Positions 27,866 through 37,278 of a stretch of DNA of 64,000 nucleotides are shown one piece after another. Positions within the stretch are counted from its first letter, which is position 1, and each line of letters opens with the position of its first letter. The notes beneath the pieces were generated by a model. It saw nothing but the letters and a program-made list of their open reading frames with translations. It did no database searches and was not told where the DNA came from. A program made the position numbers and the translations under genes. Origin of the DNA: an uncultured Fibrobacteria bacterium (GTDB lineage Bacteria; Fibrobacterota; Fibrobacteria; UBA11236); the NCBI GenBank assembly GCA_963716395.1, contig OY970309.1:1408001-1472000 (forward strand). The letters run 5' to 3'.

Positions 27866-29323
27866 TTAGGAAGGAGACCCGACGCCGGTCCAAGCGCCCT
27901 GGCGCGACGAAGTGCGCAACACGTCCAGGGCCGATGCCGGGCCCAGATCGCGCAGTCGGCGCGCCAAGGCCGTGTTTACCGGCGGTAGTCCGCCCACGGC
28001 GGAAAAGAAGGCGTTCCGGGAGCGGGTGTCACCGGCAAAGTCGGCTTCGACCGCTGCGCTGCAATACCCGTAATCCGCGAAGCGGGTCAGCACGGCATGA
28101 CCCACCAGGATTTTGGCGCCGACGACGAAAAGGTTTTTGTACGGAGCCAATTCCGGCCGAGCCAGATCATCCACGAAAGGCAAGCCCGCCTTATTGCCCT
28201 CGGTGCCGATATGCAAAGGCATGTGGTACTCTGAGGCCAGCGCGATCACGCGCGCCAAATTCTCCAGCTTACGCTGCTTTTCCTGGGGATCCTTCACGTT
28301 CCAGTTGCGGTCGGGAATCAGATTCAGGGCGCATGCTCCCAAACGGCGATTGCATTCGAGCAATTCCCGCGCGCGCGCTTCGCCGGCCGAGGTTCCGTCG
28401 AGCCACGAATCCATGGGAATGGCGCCGCAGGCCTTGATCCACGCGTACACTTCTCCGGTGGGCGGGAAGCTGGTCGGGCCGGGCTGCTCATACCCGATGC
28501 CGCCTTTTTTCATCAGCTTGCCGCGCACCTTTTCGGCCAAGCTGGCCGGGGTTTGCAGCAAAGCCAGGACGGCGTCCGGGGGCTGGCCGAGCAGTCCCGC
28601 CCAGAATTCGGCCTGCTTTTCCGGCATGGGAAAATTCTCCGCGGTCTTGTCGATATAGGCCGAAACGAAATGGCGTTCGGTGGCATAGCCGCCCGGCGTG
28701 CGGGAGCGGACAATCGCATCGTAATCCACGGCGATGGCGGGCAAGGCCGCGTTGATGCGCTCCACCATGGCGCGCGAGCGGCGATCCGAGGTGCGGCGAA
28801 GAACCGCAAGGTATTCGGCTTCGGGGGTGCCGGATTTCGGTTTTCTCACCAGACCCGATCCCGCGATATAATGCACGCCCGGTTCTCCGGGCGAATCGAT
28901 CTCCACGGTCCCGAAGTCGCTCATAAAGGTGCGGATCTCGATACCGGCCGTGGCGCGCAGACCGAGGGCCTCGGCGGCGTCGAGGAACTCTTCGATGCCG
29001 TCGACGCCGTCGAAATCGATGATGCCGGCCGCCAATAGACCGGCTTTGCGCGCTTCCCAGGCATAGTGCGAGGGAGACCATCCCGCAGCGTTGTACGAGT
29101 AAAAAGTGTGCGTATGCAGATTGACGTTTTCCTGGTGGCCATGAGGCCAATCTAGGCCGGCCAGTTTTTCCAGGGATCGGGCGCGCACGTCGGCATCGAA
29201 CTGATCCAACCGGCCTTCCAGTTCCTCGACTTGGGTTTTGGTCTGCGCGGTTGGGCGCGACGCCGACGGGCCGCCGTCTGGCGCGGTTTCTTTACGCTCC
29301 CGAATGGCTGAATTGTCAGGCAC
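27866..29323 (-). CDS. PHP-domain metal-dependent phosphoesterase-like protein
   Basis: NLHTHTFYS, A.KAGL..AGI.DFD.VDG..EF and GIE match PHP motifs I-III. Confidence 0.75.
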   Translation of the reverse strand: MPDNSAIRERKETAPDGGPSASRPTAQTKTQVEELEGRLDQFDADVRARSLEKLAGLDWPHGHQENVNLHTHTFYSYNAAGWSPSHYAWEARKAGLLAAGIIDFDGVDGIEEFLDAAEALGLRATAGIEIRTFMSDFGTVEIDSPGEPGVHYIAGSGLVRKPKSGTPEAEYLAVLRRTSDRRSRAMVERINAALPAIAVDYDAIVRSRTPGGYATERHFVSAYIDKTAENFPMPEKQAEFWAGLLGQPPDAVLALLQTPASLAEKVRGKLMKKGGIGYEQPGPTSFPPTGEVYAWIKACGAIPMDSWLDGTSAGEARARELLECNRRLGACALNLIPDRNWNVKDPQEKQRKLENLARVIALASEYHMPLHIGTEGNKAGLPFVDDLARPELAPYKNLFVVGAKILVGHAVLTRFADYGYCSAAVEADFAGDTRSRNAFFSAVGGLPPVNTALARRLRDLGPASALDVLRTSSRQGAWTGVGSPS

Positions 29324-30188
29324 GCGACTTCCCTCCCGAAATATTGATCACTGTTCCGTGAACGTAACTCGCGCGTTCCGAGGCCAGGAAGGTTACCAGA
29401 TCGGCGACCTCTTGGAGTCTGCCCTCGCGTTTAAGAGGGATGGACAAGGCCGAGTAAGCGTGCCGAAGGGCATCCACCGTAATCCCCCGCGTATAGGCCA
29501 GGGCCGATTCATAACTTTCGCTGCGCAGGCCGGTGGCTTCGAGAATGCCCGGGGCCACTCCCACCACGCGCACGCCGCCCTGGCCCAGTTCCTTGGCCCA
29601 AGAACGCGTAAGTCCGTACAAGGCCGCCTTGGTGGCCGAGTAGCAACTTTGGCCTTCGGAGCCTTCCAGACCCGATTCCGACGTCATATTGATGATCACG
29701 CCGCCGCCTTCGGCCACCATGGCCCGGGCCGCCTCCTGGGCGCATAAGTAAACCCCTTTAAGGTTGATGCCCATCATGCGATCCCAGATTTCTTCGGTCA
29801 GCTCGAATTCGCCGCGGGGATCCATCAGCAGCCGCGGAATGTTGATGCCCGCGTTGTTTACGAAGATGTGGATGCGGCCGAAGGTGCCAACGGTAAACTG
29901 CACCAGCGCCCGCGCATCGTCGCGGCGGGTCACATCGGTTTGGTGAAAGCGAACCGGAGCCGCGAATTTTCGCGCCAGTTCGGACGCGGCGGCGTTTCCC
30001 GCTTCGGGGGAAATATCGGCGATGACCACGCGGGCGCCGTTGGCCGCCAAGCTCTCGGCGCAGGCGTGGCCGATGCCCGAAGCGCCGCCGGTGATTACGG
30101 CGACCTTGCCTTCAAGGCCCAACCAACTGGCCTTACCGGTTCCCGTCGCAACCTCCGGTTCCCGCGCAAGCGCGGAGCCCGCCGTCAT
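29316..30188 (-). CDS. Sorbitol-6-phosphate 2-dehydrogenase-like SDR
   Basis: TGGASGIG, NNAGINIPRLL.D, ESGLEGSEGQS.Y.ATK, APGILE.TGLR...YE.ALAYTRG and GGKSR, the S6PDH subfamily pattern. Confidence 0.85.
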   Translation of the reverse strand: MTAGSALAREPEVATGTGKASWLGLEGKVAVITGGASGIGHACAESLAANGARVVIADISPEAGNAAASELARKFAAPVRFHQTDVTRRDDARALVQFTVGTFGRIHIFVNNAGINIPRLLMDPRGEFELTEEIWDRMMGINLKGVYLCAQEAARAMVAEGGGVIINMTSESGLEGSEGQSCYSATKAALYGLTRSWAKELGQGGVRVVGVAPGILEATGLRSESYESALAYTRGITVDALRHAYSALSIPLKREGRLQEVADLVTFLASERASYVHGTVINISGGKSRA

Positions 30189-30910
30189 TTCCCCGCGTCC
30201 GGGTAATAAAGATCGAGCAACGATTTGTTGACGCCGGGAGCGCCGAACATCGGCAGGCCGCGTTTCTGCATGATGTTGTCGAGGTTGTGCACGTCGGGTT
30301 TGGCAATCTCCTTGATCTCCCCGTAAGGCGCCGCGGCGGTCAAGGTCACCGAGGTCATTTCCAACAGCTCGGTGGTCATCATGCACCATTCGATATCCCA
30401 GGAACTCATGATTACCAAGCCGTGGTTTTCCATCAAGAAGGCGTTGTATTTGGGCAAATACGGGTTGAAGTTGTCGGCCAGCCGCTGGGTCAGCGGTTCG
30501 CCGTAAGGCACCACGGGCACCGGCCCCACTTCGGTGGTGGTTTCGGGAAAGATGGGCCGCATCAACAGATTTTTGTTTTTGGTGATGGCGAAGGCGTTGG
30601 TGTAGGGCGGGTGGCAATGCACCACCGACTTCACGTCGGGGCGGCTCTTAAAGAAGTTGATATACATGGGCGTTTCCCCCGTGGGCCGGCGCGCGCCTTC
30701 TTTCTTGTTGCCGGCCATGTCCAGGAAGACCAAATCCTCGAGGGTGATATCACCTTTGTTCATCTGCGTGGGGGTGATCAACATCAGGTCGGGCTCCAGC
30801 TTCCACGCAGCGTTCCCCCCATGCCCGGTCACATACATGAGTTGGCTTAACTTATGGCAGACTTTAAGGAATATTTCCGCCTTCGACCGATAATCATCCA
30901 ATAATCGCAT
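30185..30910 (-). CDS. Class II aldolase/adducin family protein (aldolase/epimerase)
   Basis: GGN, LITPT, PTGETPM, Zn ligands VVHCHPP and ENHG. Confidence 0.85.
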   Translation of the reverse strand: MRLLDDYRSKAEIFLKVCHKLSQLMYVTGHGGNAAWKLEPDLMLITPTQMNKGDITLEDLVFLDMAGNKKEGARRPTGETPMYINFFKSRPDVKSVVHCHPPYTNAFAITKNKNLLMRPIFPETTTEVGPVPVVPYGEPLTQRLADNFNPYLPKYNAFLMENHGLVIMSSWDIEWCMMTTELLEMTSVTLTAAAPYGEIKEIAKPDVHNLDNIMQKRGLPMFGAPGVNKSLLDLYYPDAGK

Positions 30911-31014
30911 TTCTAACCCCCCTTGACGGCACGCCGGTGTTTAAAAATTAAGATACCGACGGCAGACCGAAAAAACGGCGGTGGATCTGCTGAAAACATG
31001 TACAATCCTGCTGC

Positions 31015-31857
31015 ATGAAACCTGCGCTTAACCGTTTCGGGGGCGACCTTGTGGCCGGTACCAGCCATTACGCGCTGGAGGCGCATGGGCCCACGCTGCG
31101 TCCCACAGGCCTCAATAACTGGGTGCTCAATCTGACCCTTCAGGGGCGCGGCCGGGTCAATTCCGGCGGGGCGCGTTTCTTCACCGCCGAGGGCGATGTT
31201 CTGCTGTTTCCGCCCCATGTTCCGCACGATTACGACCATGCGCCTCCGGCCGCCCGCTGGACCCATCTCTGGATTTATTTCAACCCCCATGAGCATTGGG
31301 TTCCGCTTTTGCATTGGCCGGCGCGCGGGGCTGGCGTGTTGGGCTTTGCGCTTTCCGACCCGGCCACGCGGCGGCGGGTGCGGCGCGCCATGGAACGGTG
31401 CCTGTCCCTCTATCGTTCGCCGCATCGCAACCGTCTGGCTTTCTGTGCCAACGCCCTGGAAGAAGCCCTGCTCTGGTGCGACACGCTGAATCCGTTCTCC
31501 AGCGGTTCGGTCCGCGACGCGCGCATCGATCAGGCCGTGGCCCTCATACTCAAGCACTACGCCCAGGGGTTGAATGCGACTGCGCTGGCCCGCGAATGCC
31601 ACCTCTCGGTGTCGCGTTTCGCCCATCTTTTCCGCCAGACCACGGGCATGTCACCTTTGCGTTACCGGGAAAATCTGCGCATCTGGAAGGCGCAGGAACT
31701 GCTGATCGGCACGACCCGCTCGGTCAAGGAGATCAGCCGGGAGGTGGGCTTCGCCGATCCGCTGTATTTCTCCAAAGTGTTCCGCAAAAACCTCGGGGCC
31801 GGGCCGAAGGACTTTCGCCGCGACTCCCAGGCCCGGCGTACGGACCGCAAAGCCTAA
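31015..31857 (+). CDS. AraC-family transcriptional regulator with cupin sugar-binding domain
   Basis: RP.GL..W.LNLT..G.G, LFPP..PHDY, W.H.WIYF, and an HTH LSVSRFAHLFR...GFADPLYFSKVFRK. Divergent from the sugar operon. Confidence 0.9.
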   Translation: MKPALNRFGGDLVAGTSHYALEAHGPTLRPTGLNNWVLNLTLQGRGRVNSGGARFFTAEGDVLLFPPHVPHDYDHAPPAARWTHLWIYFNPHEHWVPLLHWPARGAGVLGFALSDPATRRRVRRAMERCLSLYRSPHRNRLAFCANALEEALLWCDTLNPFSSGSVRDARIDQAVALILKHYAQGLNATALARECHLSVSRFAHLFRQTTGMSPLRYRENLRIWKAQELLIGTTRSVKEISREVGFADPLYFSKVFRKNLGAGPKDFRRDSQARRTDRKA

Positions 31858-31881
31858 GAGGCGCCGGGAACGGATTCCGGC

Positions 31882-33234
31882 TTATTTGATCGCGGCCAGG
31901 TGGGTTCCGGGATAATAGGCCGCCAGAATCTGTTCGGCGTTTTGGCCGGCTGCGGCGCGGCCCAAGGCCCCCATTTGACACATGCCGATGCCGTGGCCGA
32001 AGCCGCTGCCTTGGGCCACAACATGGTCGCCGTTCAGCGCGATGTCGAAGCGGTCGCTGGCGAGAATACGCCCGGTTCCCGGGCCGGGCCGTAGGGCGAA
32101 GCGGATTTTGTCGCCGTGCAAATCGATGGGGCCCCCGTCGGTTTGCACCCGCAAGGTGCGGATGCGCCCGTCGGAGAAGCGGCCGAGTATTTGCAATCCG
32201 GTGATGCGGCGGAAAGACGGCGGGTTATCCACGCCGGCTGAGGCCAGATTGGCGCGCAGAATTCCTGCCAGAGCCTGGGCGTCCCAGGACTGCGTCCAGT
32301 GCATATAGGGCGATGCGCGGCACCAGGGACGCCCCAGTGAATCGCGATCGGGCTGCGAAACGAGATAGGGAATGGCGGGGCCGCCCCAGACTTCGTTGCG
32401 GGCCGCGGTGATTCCGCCGCAGGTACTGTAGTAATAACACAGGGCCAGGGTGTCTCCGTACAGCACAACCCGGCCCGCGGTGGCCGTGACGGCCCGGTCG
32501 CCGAGCGGCGATTCGGCTTCGGCGCCGCCGAACACCTGATCCTGCACCGACGCGCGCACGTCGAAGTCGGGCCGGCGGCCGGCCAGCATGCGCTTGAGGG
32601 CGTAAGTGCGCGCCACGATGGCCTGGGCCTCAAGGGCCGAGAGCGCGGCGGAATCGGGATGGCCCATTTCCAGCGGTACCACGCCGCGCAGATAATCTTC
32701 CAGCGCGAGGGCGTTCACGCATTCCATGCCGCCCGCGGCGGGATAGAGTTCCAGATTTCCGCGATAGGATTTGCCGTCGGCCTGAAGCGGCGGGCCCGCC
32801 CGCGGCGCCACAAATCGCAGGGCCGTGGCGGGACCGGTGGAAAAGGGCCGGCCCGAGGGGCCGGAAACACGAAAGTTACCCTCGCGGTAAACCACATGCA
32901 GCCGGCCCGAAAGCTCCGGGCCCGGACCGGCCGATCCGTCGGATCGCCGCAGCATGAGACGCGTTCCGGCCGGGGCCGTCACGTCCAGCGCCGTCAGCCG
33001 ATCGCGAATCAGTACGCGCAGGGGGCGGCGCGCGGCCTTCGGCAAAGCGAATACGGCCGGTCCGGAAGGCGAAGGCCGCGCCGGCGTCAGGTAAAGCGAT
33101 TCGTCCGCCGCATAGGGAAAACGCAGCGGGTACGGATCCCAGACCTCGGGAAAAGGCGGACGGTTGTCGTCTTGCGCGCGGGCCAATCCCAACAGCGTCG
33201 GCAGTAGCCAGAAGGCGGGCGCCAGCAATCGCAC
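31882..33234 (-). CDS. SpoIID/LytB-domain lytic transglycosylase-like protein
   Basis: YRG.L, VN.L.LEDYLRGVVP.EM, AL.AQA..ARTYA, YYSTCGG and G.G.GHG.GMCQ.GA. Confidence 0.9.
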   Translation of the reverse strand: MRLLAPAFWLLPTLLGLARAQDDNRPPFPEVWDPYPLRFPYAADESLYLTPARPSPSGPAVFALPKAARRPLRVLIRDRLTALDVTAPAGTRLMLRRSDGSAGPGPELSGRLHVVYREGNFRVSGPSGRPFSTGPATALRFVAPRAGPPLQADGKSYRGNLELYPAAGGMECVNALALEDYLRGVVPLEMGHPDSAALSALEAQAIVARTYALKRMLAGRRPDFDVRASVQDQVFGGAEAESPLGDRAVTATAGRVVLYGDTLALCYYYSTCGGITAARNEVWGGPAIPYLVSQPDRDSLGRPWCRASPYMHWTQSWDAQALAGILRANLASAGVDNPPSFRRITGLQILGRFSDGRIRTLRVQTDGGPIDLHGDKIRFALRPGPGTGRILASDRFDIALNGDHVVAQGSGFGHGIGMCQMGALGRAAAGQNAEQILAAYYPGTHLAAIK

Positions 33235-33242
33235 GGGCTTGG

Positions 33243-33767
33243 TCAGAGGGCCCGGCGCGCCGTTTGTTTTGCCATTTGTTTCAACTTGGACTGGTTCAGC
33301 ATGCGGTCGGTGGCCGAGATTTTATCCACGAACAAAACCCCTTCGAGATGATCGATTTCATGCTGAATGCAGCGCGCCAGCAATCCCTCGACCCCTTTCA
33401 ACTCCAACGGCACGCCTTCGCGATCCAACCCCCGCATGGTGATCACCGCGGGACGCGTTACGTCGGCCCAGACTTCGGGCACCGACAGGCAGCCTTCTTC
33501 GGCCCGGGCTTCGCCGGCGGCCTCGACCACCGTGGGATTGAAGACGATGAGCGGGGATTTTTTTTCTTCTTCGCCCGCCACGTCGACCACGATGAGGCGC
33601 AGCAATTCGCCCACCTGGGGGGCGGCCAGCCCGATGCCGCCCGACCGGTACATGGCGGCCAGCATGTCGTCGGCCAATTGCTTGAGCGCAGGACTGATTT
33701 CGCGTACGGGTTTGGCCCGTTTGCGCAGCACCGGGTTGCCGAAGACGTAAATCGAAAGTTCCGACAT
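33243..33767 (-). CDS. def: Peptide deformylase
   Basis: GIGLAAPQVG, EGCLS and QHEIDHLEG. Confidence 0.97.
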   Translation of the reverse strand: MSELSIYVFGNPVLRKRAKPVREISPALKQLADDMLAAMYRSGGIGLAAPQVGELLRLIVVDVAGEEEKKSPLIVFNPTVVEAAGEARAEEGCLSVPEVWADVTRPAVITMRGLDREGVPLELKGVEGLLARCIQHEIDHLEGVLFVDKISATDRMLNQSKLKQMAKQTARRAL

Positions 33768-34060
33768 CAGGCTTCGGCCACCGCCTTTTCGTCGCGTTTG
33801 GCGGTGAGCGGCTGCGAGATGGCGCTTTTATCGAAATCGATGCGCACGTTGTCGTGGAATTTGAGCGTGATGACATTGTCTTTGACGGCGAACACTTCGC
33901 CGTACATCCCCGAATTGGTGAGCACGCGATCCCCCTTTTTCAATTCCGACAGCATTTTTTGCAGGGCTTGTTGCTTCTTCTTCTGGGGCAGAAAAAACAT
34001 GAAATACATGATCGCGGCCATGGCGGCCAAAAACATCATATCCGAGGTGCCGAAGTGCAT
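33767..34060 (-). CDS. yajC: Preprotein translocase subunit YajC
   Basis: One TM segment, PQKKK, LKKGD.V.T.SG.YG and FDKSAI. Confidence 0.92.
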   Translation of the reverse strand: MHFGTSDMMFLAAMAAIMYFMFFLPQKKKQQALQKMLSELKKGDRVLTNSGMYGEVFAVKDNVITLKFHDNVRIDFDKSAISQPLTAKRDEKAVAEA

Positions 34061-34189
34061 GCGTCTCCTTTGCCCCGCGCAGCGGGCGCGATGGCCGGGT
34101 TTTGGGATCGAATTTTAAAACTAGCAAGCCGGTGCGTTCCGCACCGGCGTTTGCCGCCCGCGATCCCGCCGGCTACTTTTGACCGATCC

Positions 34190-34265
34190 GCACCCGTAGC
34201 TCAGTGGATAGAGCAGCGGTTTTCTAAACCGTTGGCCCCAGGTTCGAACCCTGGCGGGTGCGCCA
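34190..34265 (+). tRNA. tRNA-Arg(UCU)
   Basis: GCACCCG/CGGGTGC acceptor stem, anticodon loop TTTCTAA, GGTTCGAAC T-arm and a 3' CCA. A TTGCCG-N17-TACTTT promoter lies upstream. Confidence 0.95.
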
Positions 34266-34304
34266 ATTCAAGTCGCGGAAGGCGTGGCCAACGCGAAGGA
34301 AGGT

Positions 34305-35744
34305 TCAACGCCAGGGGAAGCCGGGCAAGCGCATGAGCAGGCCGAAACCGATGACGCCCACCACGCAAAAGCCCAGCACGAACTGCGAATTCAAATTCAA
34401 TTCGCGGGGCGATTCGCCGGGAGCCACAGCGCCGGATTCGGCGGGCAGCCACAAGGCGCGGATCATTTTGAAATAGAAGAAGAAGGAAATCAGCCCGGCG
34501 AAAAGCGACGCCGCCAGCACGGGAATGAGCCCCGGCGGAATGGGCGCGCCGGTTTTCAGCGCTTCGGAGACCACGCCGAATTTGGCCGCGAACCCGGCGG
34601 TGAACGGGATTCCGGCTAGGCTGAACAGCATCAGCGTCATGGCCGCGGCCGTCACCGGATAGCGGCGGCCCAAGCCCTGCAAATCCGCGAGGGTGTCGAT
34701 GTCGGCGTGGCGCGTGCCGAAGGCCATGAACGAAGCGATTAGGCCCAAAGTGGTGAGGGCATAGGCCACCAGGTAAAACAGAAACGGTTCGATGGAGTCG
34801 AGCATTAGACTGAGCAGGAGAAAGCCGGCGTTGGCCACCGACGAATAGGCCAGCAACCGCTTGAGCCGCGTTTGCGCCACGGCCTGCAAATTGCCGAACA
34901 CGGCGCAGGCGATGGCGGCGGCCATCAGATACGGTTGCCAGGTTTGGTGCAGCGCGGCATAAGGTCCCCAGAGAATCAGGGCGATGAGGCCGAAGGCCGC
35001 CACCTTGGCCGGGGCCGCGATGAAGGCGAGCGAGGCCAGGTTGGCGCCGTCGTACACGTCGGAAAGCCAGATATGCGCGGGCGCCGAACCGGTTTTGAAC
35101 AGAAGGGCCGCCAGCAAAAAGGCCAAGCCGGCCTTGGCCAGAACCAATTCGGGGCCGCGGTGTTCGATCACCAGCCGCAGCATTTGGTTCTGGATATCGG
35201 GCAGCATCCAGGCGCCGGTGGCGCCGTACAAAAAGGCCAGGCCCAGCAGAAACAGGCTGCTGGCGAAAACCCCCAGGATGAGGTATTTCAACCCGGCCTC
35301 GTCGGCGCGGGCGTCGTGGTGGTTGAAGCCAGCCAGCACGTAAGAGGGGATCGACACCAGCTCGAAGGCCACGAACAGCGTGGCTAGGTCGCCGGCCAGG
35401 GGTAGATGGAACAACCCCAGGGCCTGGGCCAGCACTACCAGGCGAAAGTCGACGCCGTGCACGCGGATTTTGTCGAGATACGACTCGGCCAGAATCACGG
35501 CGATCAGCGAAAGGGCCAGGCCGGCATAGGCCAGCGCCTTGCCCGTGGCCGTAACATGAATGGCACCCCCGAAATAGGATTGCCCGGGTGTGAGTTTCCA
35601 GGCGGTCAGGATGGCGCTCAGGGCCAATGCCGCCACGGTGATCACATGCGAAATCACTGCCTGCTGCTTCCAATGCGTGGAGGCCAGCAGCAGCAAAAGG
35701 CCGAAGGCGATGAGGATCGGAGCCTGGGTCAATAAATAGCCCAT
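34305..35744 (-). CDS. nuoN: NADH-quinone oxidoreductase subunit N
   Basis: FELVSIPSYVL, EAGLKY, FK...APAH.W..DVY.G, KRLLAYSS and SLAGIP.TAGF.AKF. Confidence 0.92.
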   Translation of the reverse strand: MGYLLTQAPILIAFGLLLLLASTHWKQQAVISHVITVAALALSAILTAWKLTPGQSYFGGAIHVTATGKALAYAGLALSLIAVILAESYLDKIRVHGVDFRLVVLAQALGLFHLPLAGDLATLFVAFELVSIPSYVLAGFNHHDARADEAGLKYLILGVFASSLFLLGLAFLYGATGAWMLPDIQNQMLRLVIEHRGPELVLAKAGLAFLLAALLFKTGSAPAHIWLSDVYDGANLASLAFIAAPAKVAAFGLIALILWGPYAALHQTWQPYLMAAAIACAVFGNLQAVAQTRLKRLLAYSSVANAGFLLLSLMLDSIEPFLFYLVAYALTTLGLIASFMAFGTRHADIDTLADLQGLGRRYPVTAAAMTLMLFSLAGIPFTAGFAAKFGVVSEALKTGAPIPPGLIPVLAASLFAGLISFFFYFKMIRALWLPAESGAVAPGESPRELNLNSQFVLGFCVVGVIGFGLLMRLPGFPWR

Positions 35745-35745
35745 G

Positions 35746-37275
35746 TCAGCTCGTCCAGCAAATGGGGTTGAGGAATATCATGGCCCTTTCCAGCGGATGC
35801 AACAGCAGCATGGGATACAGGCCCACGACCAGCCACAGCGCCGCCATGCCCAGCGACAACGCGGTTTCGCCCGCGTCGAGATCGGGCATGAGCTTCGCGG
35901 GTGCGCGGCCCGGTCCGGCCGGTTGCCCGAAGAAGATGGCGTGAAAAGTTCGCAGCAGGGCGGCGGCCCCGATCAAGGCGCCGGCCGCCGCAAAAAAGGT
36001 CGCGAGGGGCGAAACCTGGAAGGTGGTGAAGTACACCAGCAACTCGCCGGCGAAATTGCTCAGGCCGGGCAGGCTGGCGCTGGCGAACACCGACAGCAGC
36101 AAGACGGCGGCCAGCCGCCGTTGCCGCGGCCGCAACCCCGAGAGCAGGCCTTTGTCGGGGCTTTCGGCGCCGACCTGTACGCGGGCGTCAAGGGAGAAGA
36201 GCATGACCATGATGAGGCCGTGGCTGAAGGCCAGCAGCACCGCACCCGACAGGCCGCTGGCTGCGGCGTCGCCCGCCTGCGCCGAGGCGAACACGCCCAG
36301 GGCCAGCAGGGAAAGATGCGACAGCGACGCATAGGCCAGCAGGTCGATGAGCCGCTCTTGCACCAAGGTCAGTAGTGCCCCGTACACGATACCCATCACG
36401 GCCAGCACTTCGAGGGCCGGGGCGTAATGCTGCATTTCTTCCGGAAAACACGGGGCCAGAATCAGAATCAAGCCGTAGGCTCCCATTTTGGACATGGCCG
36501 CCGAAAGCAGGGCCCGGCAGGCCGGCGGCGCGGCGTTATAGGTGTCGCGCAGCCAGCCGTGAAATCCGAGCAACGGCAGTTTGACGGCGAAGCCGAGGAA
36601 AAAACCCGCAAACACCCAATGGCGCAGGCCGGGGTCCATGTTGCCCACGACCTCGGCCAACCCCTGCACGCCGGGATCGCGCAAGTCGGCGGCGCATACG
36701 GCCGCGATGGAAAAAAGCATGGGCAGGCTGCCGGCCAAAGTGAACAGCACGAATCGCAGCAAGATGGGATACACCGAGGCCACGTGGTAGCCCGGGCGAC
36801 CGTAGCGGCCGATCCAGAAATACACGGCTATCAGCGCCGCCTCCCAGAAGAAATACAGGAGCAGCAGGGAATCGGCGGTGAACACGCCGGCCAAGGCGGC
36901 GATCATGGCCCAGGCGCACAGGTAATATCCCTTGCCGTAACGCCCCTCGCGGTCGCGCAGGAACGTGAAGACGACGGGGGCGCACAAGCCCAGCAGCAGC
37001 ACGAACAGCGCGTTGCGCGGATCGAGATACAGCCGGGGCGTGACGGCGAACCCCGAAGCGCCCACGTGCCAGAGCGGGCCCCGCACCGCGAACCCGTTGG
37101 GCGAGGCCAGGCCGACGGCGGCCGCCACCAGCGAGGCCGCCGCGAAGACATAGGCGGCGGCCGCCGCCACCGCCGGAAGCGCCGCGCGGCGCAGGGGATA
37201 GAGGAGAAAGCACAGCGCGGTCAAGCCCGCCATCAAGACGGGTAAAAGCGCGAGGTCGGGCAGCCAAATCCGCAT
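35746..37275 (-). CDS. nuoM: NADH-quinone oxidoreductase subunit M
   Basis: FFWE, FAVKLP..FHGWL, KMGAYG, AYASLSH and LPGLSNFAGE. Confidence 0.9.
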   Translation of the reverse strand: MRIWLPDLALLPVLMAGLTALCFLLYPLRRAALPAVAAAAAYVFAAASLVAAAVGLASPNGFAVRGPLWHVGASGFAVTPRLYLDPRNALFVLLLGLCAPVVFTFLRDREGRYGKGYYLCAWAMIAALAGVFTADSLLLLYFFWEAALIAVYFWIGRYGRPGYHVASVYPILLRFVLFTLAGSLPMLFSIAAVCAADLRDPGVQGLAEVVGNMDPGLRHWVFAGFFLGFAVKLPLLGFHGWLRDTYNAAPPACRALLSAAMSKMGAYGLILILAPCFPEEMQHYAPALEVLAVMGIVYGALLTLVQERLIDLLAYASLSHLSLLALGVFASAQAGDAAASGLSGAVLLAFSHGLIMVMLFSLDARVQVGAESPDKGLLSGLRPRQRRLAAVLLLSVFASASLPGLSNFAGELLVYFTTFQVSPLATFFAAAGALIGAAALLRTFHAIFFGQPAGPGRAPAKLMPDLDAGETALSLGMAALWLVVGLYPMLLLHPLERAMIFLNPICWTS

Positions 37276-37278
37276 GGT

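Noticed and set aside
30998-31018. 6-codon uORF (MYNPAA*) overlapping the araC start
   Set aside because: It has no RBS, and the same bases read better as a TACAAT -10 element for a leaderless or short-leader araC transcript.
19829-34265. Genomic island integrated at tRNA-Ala or tRNA-Arg
   Set aside because: Accessory-looking genes lie next to tRNA-Ala, but I found no integrase and no duplicated tRNA 3' end in the window.
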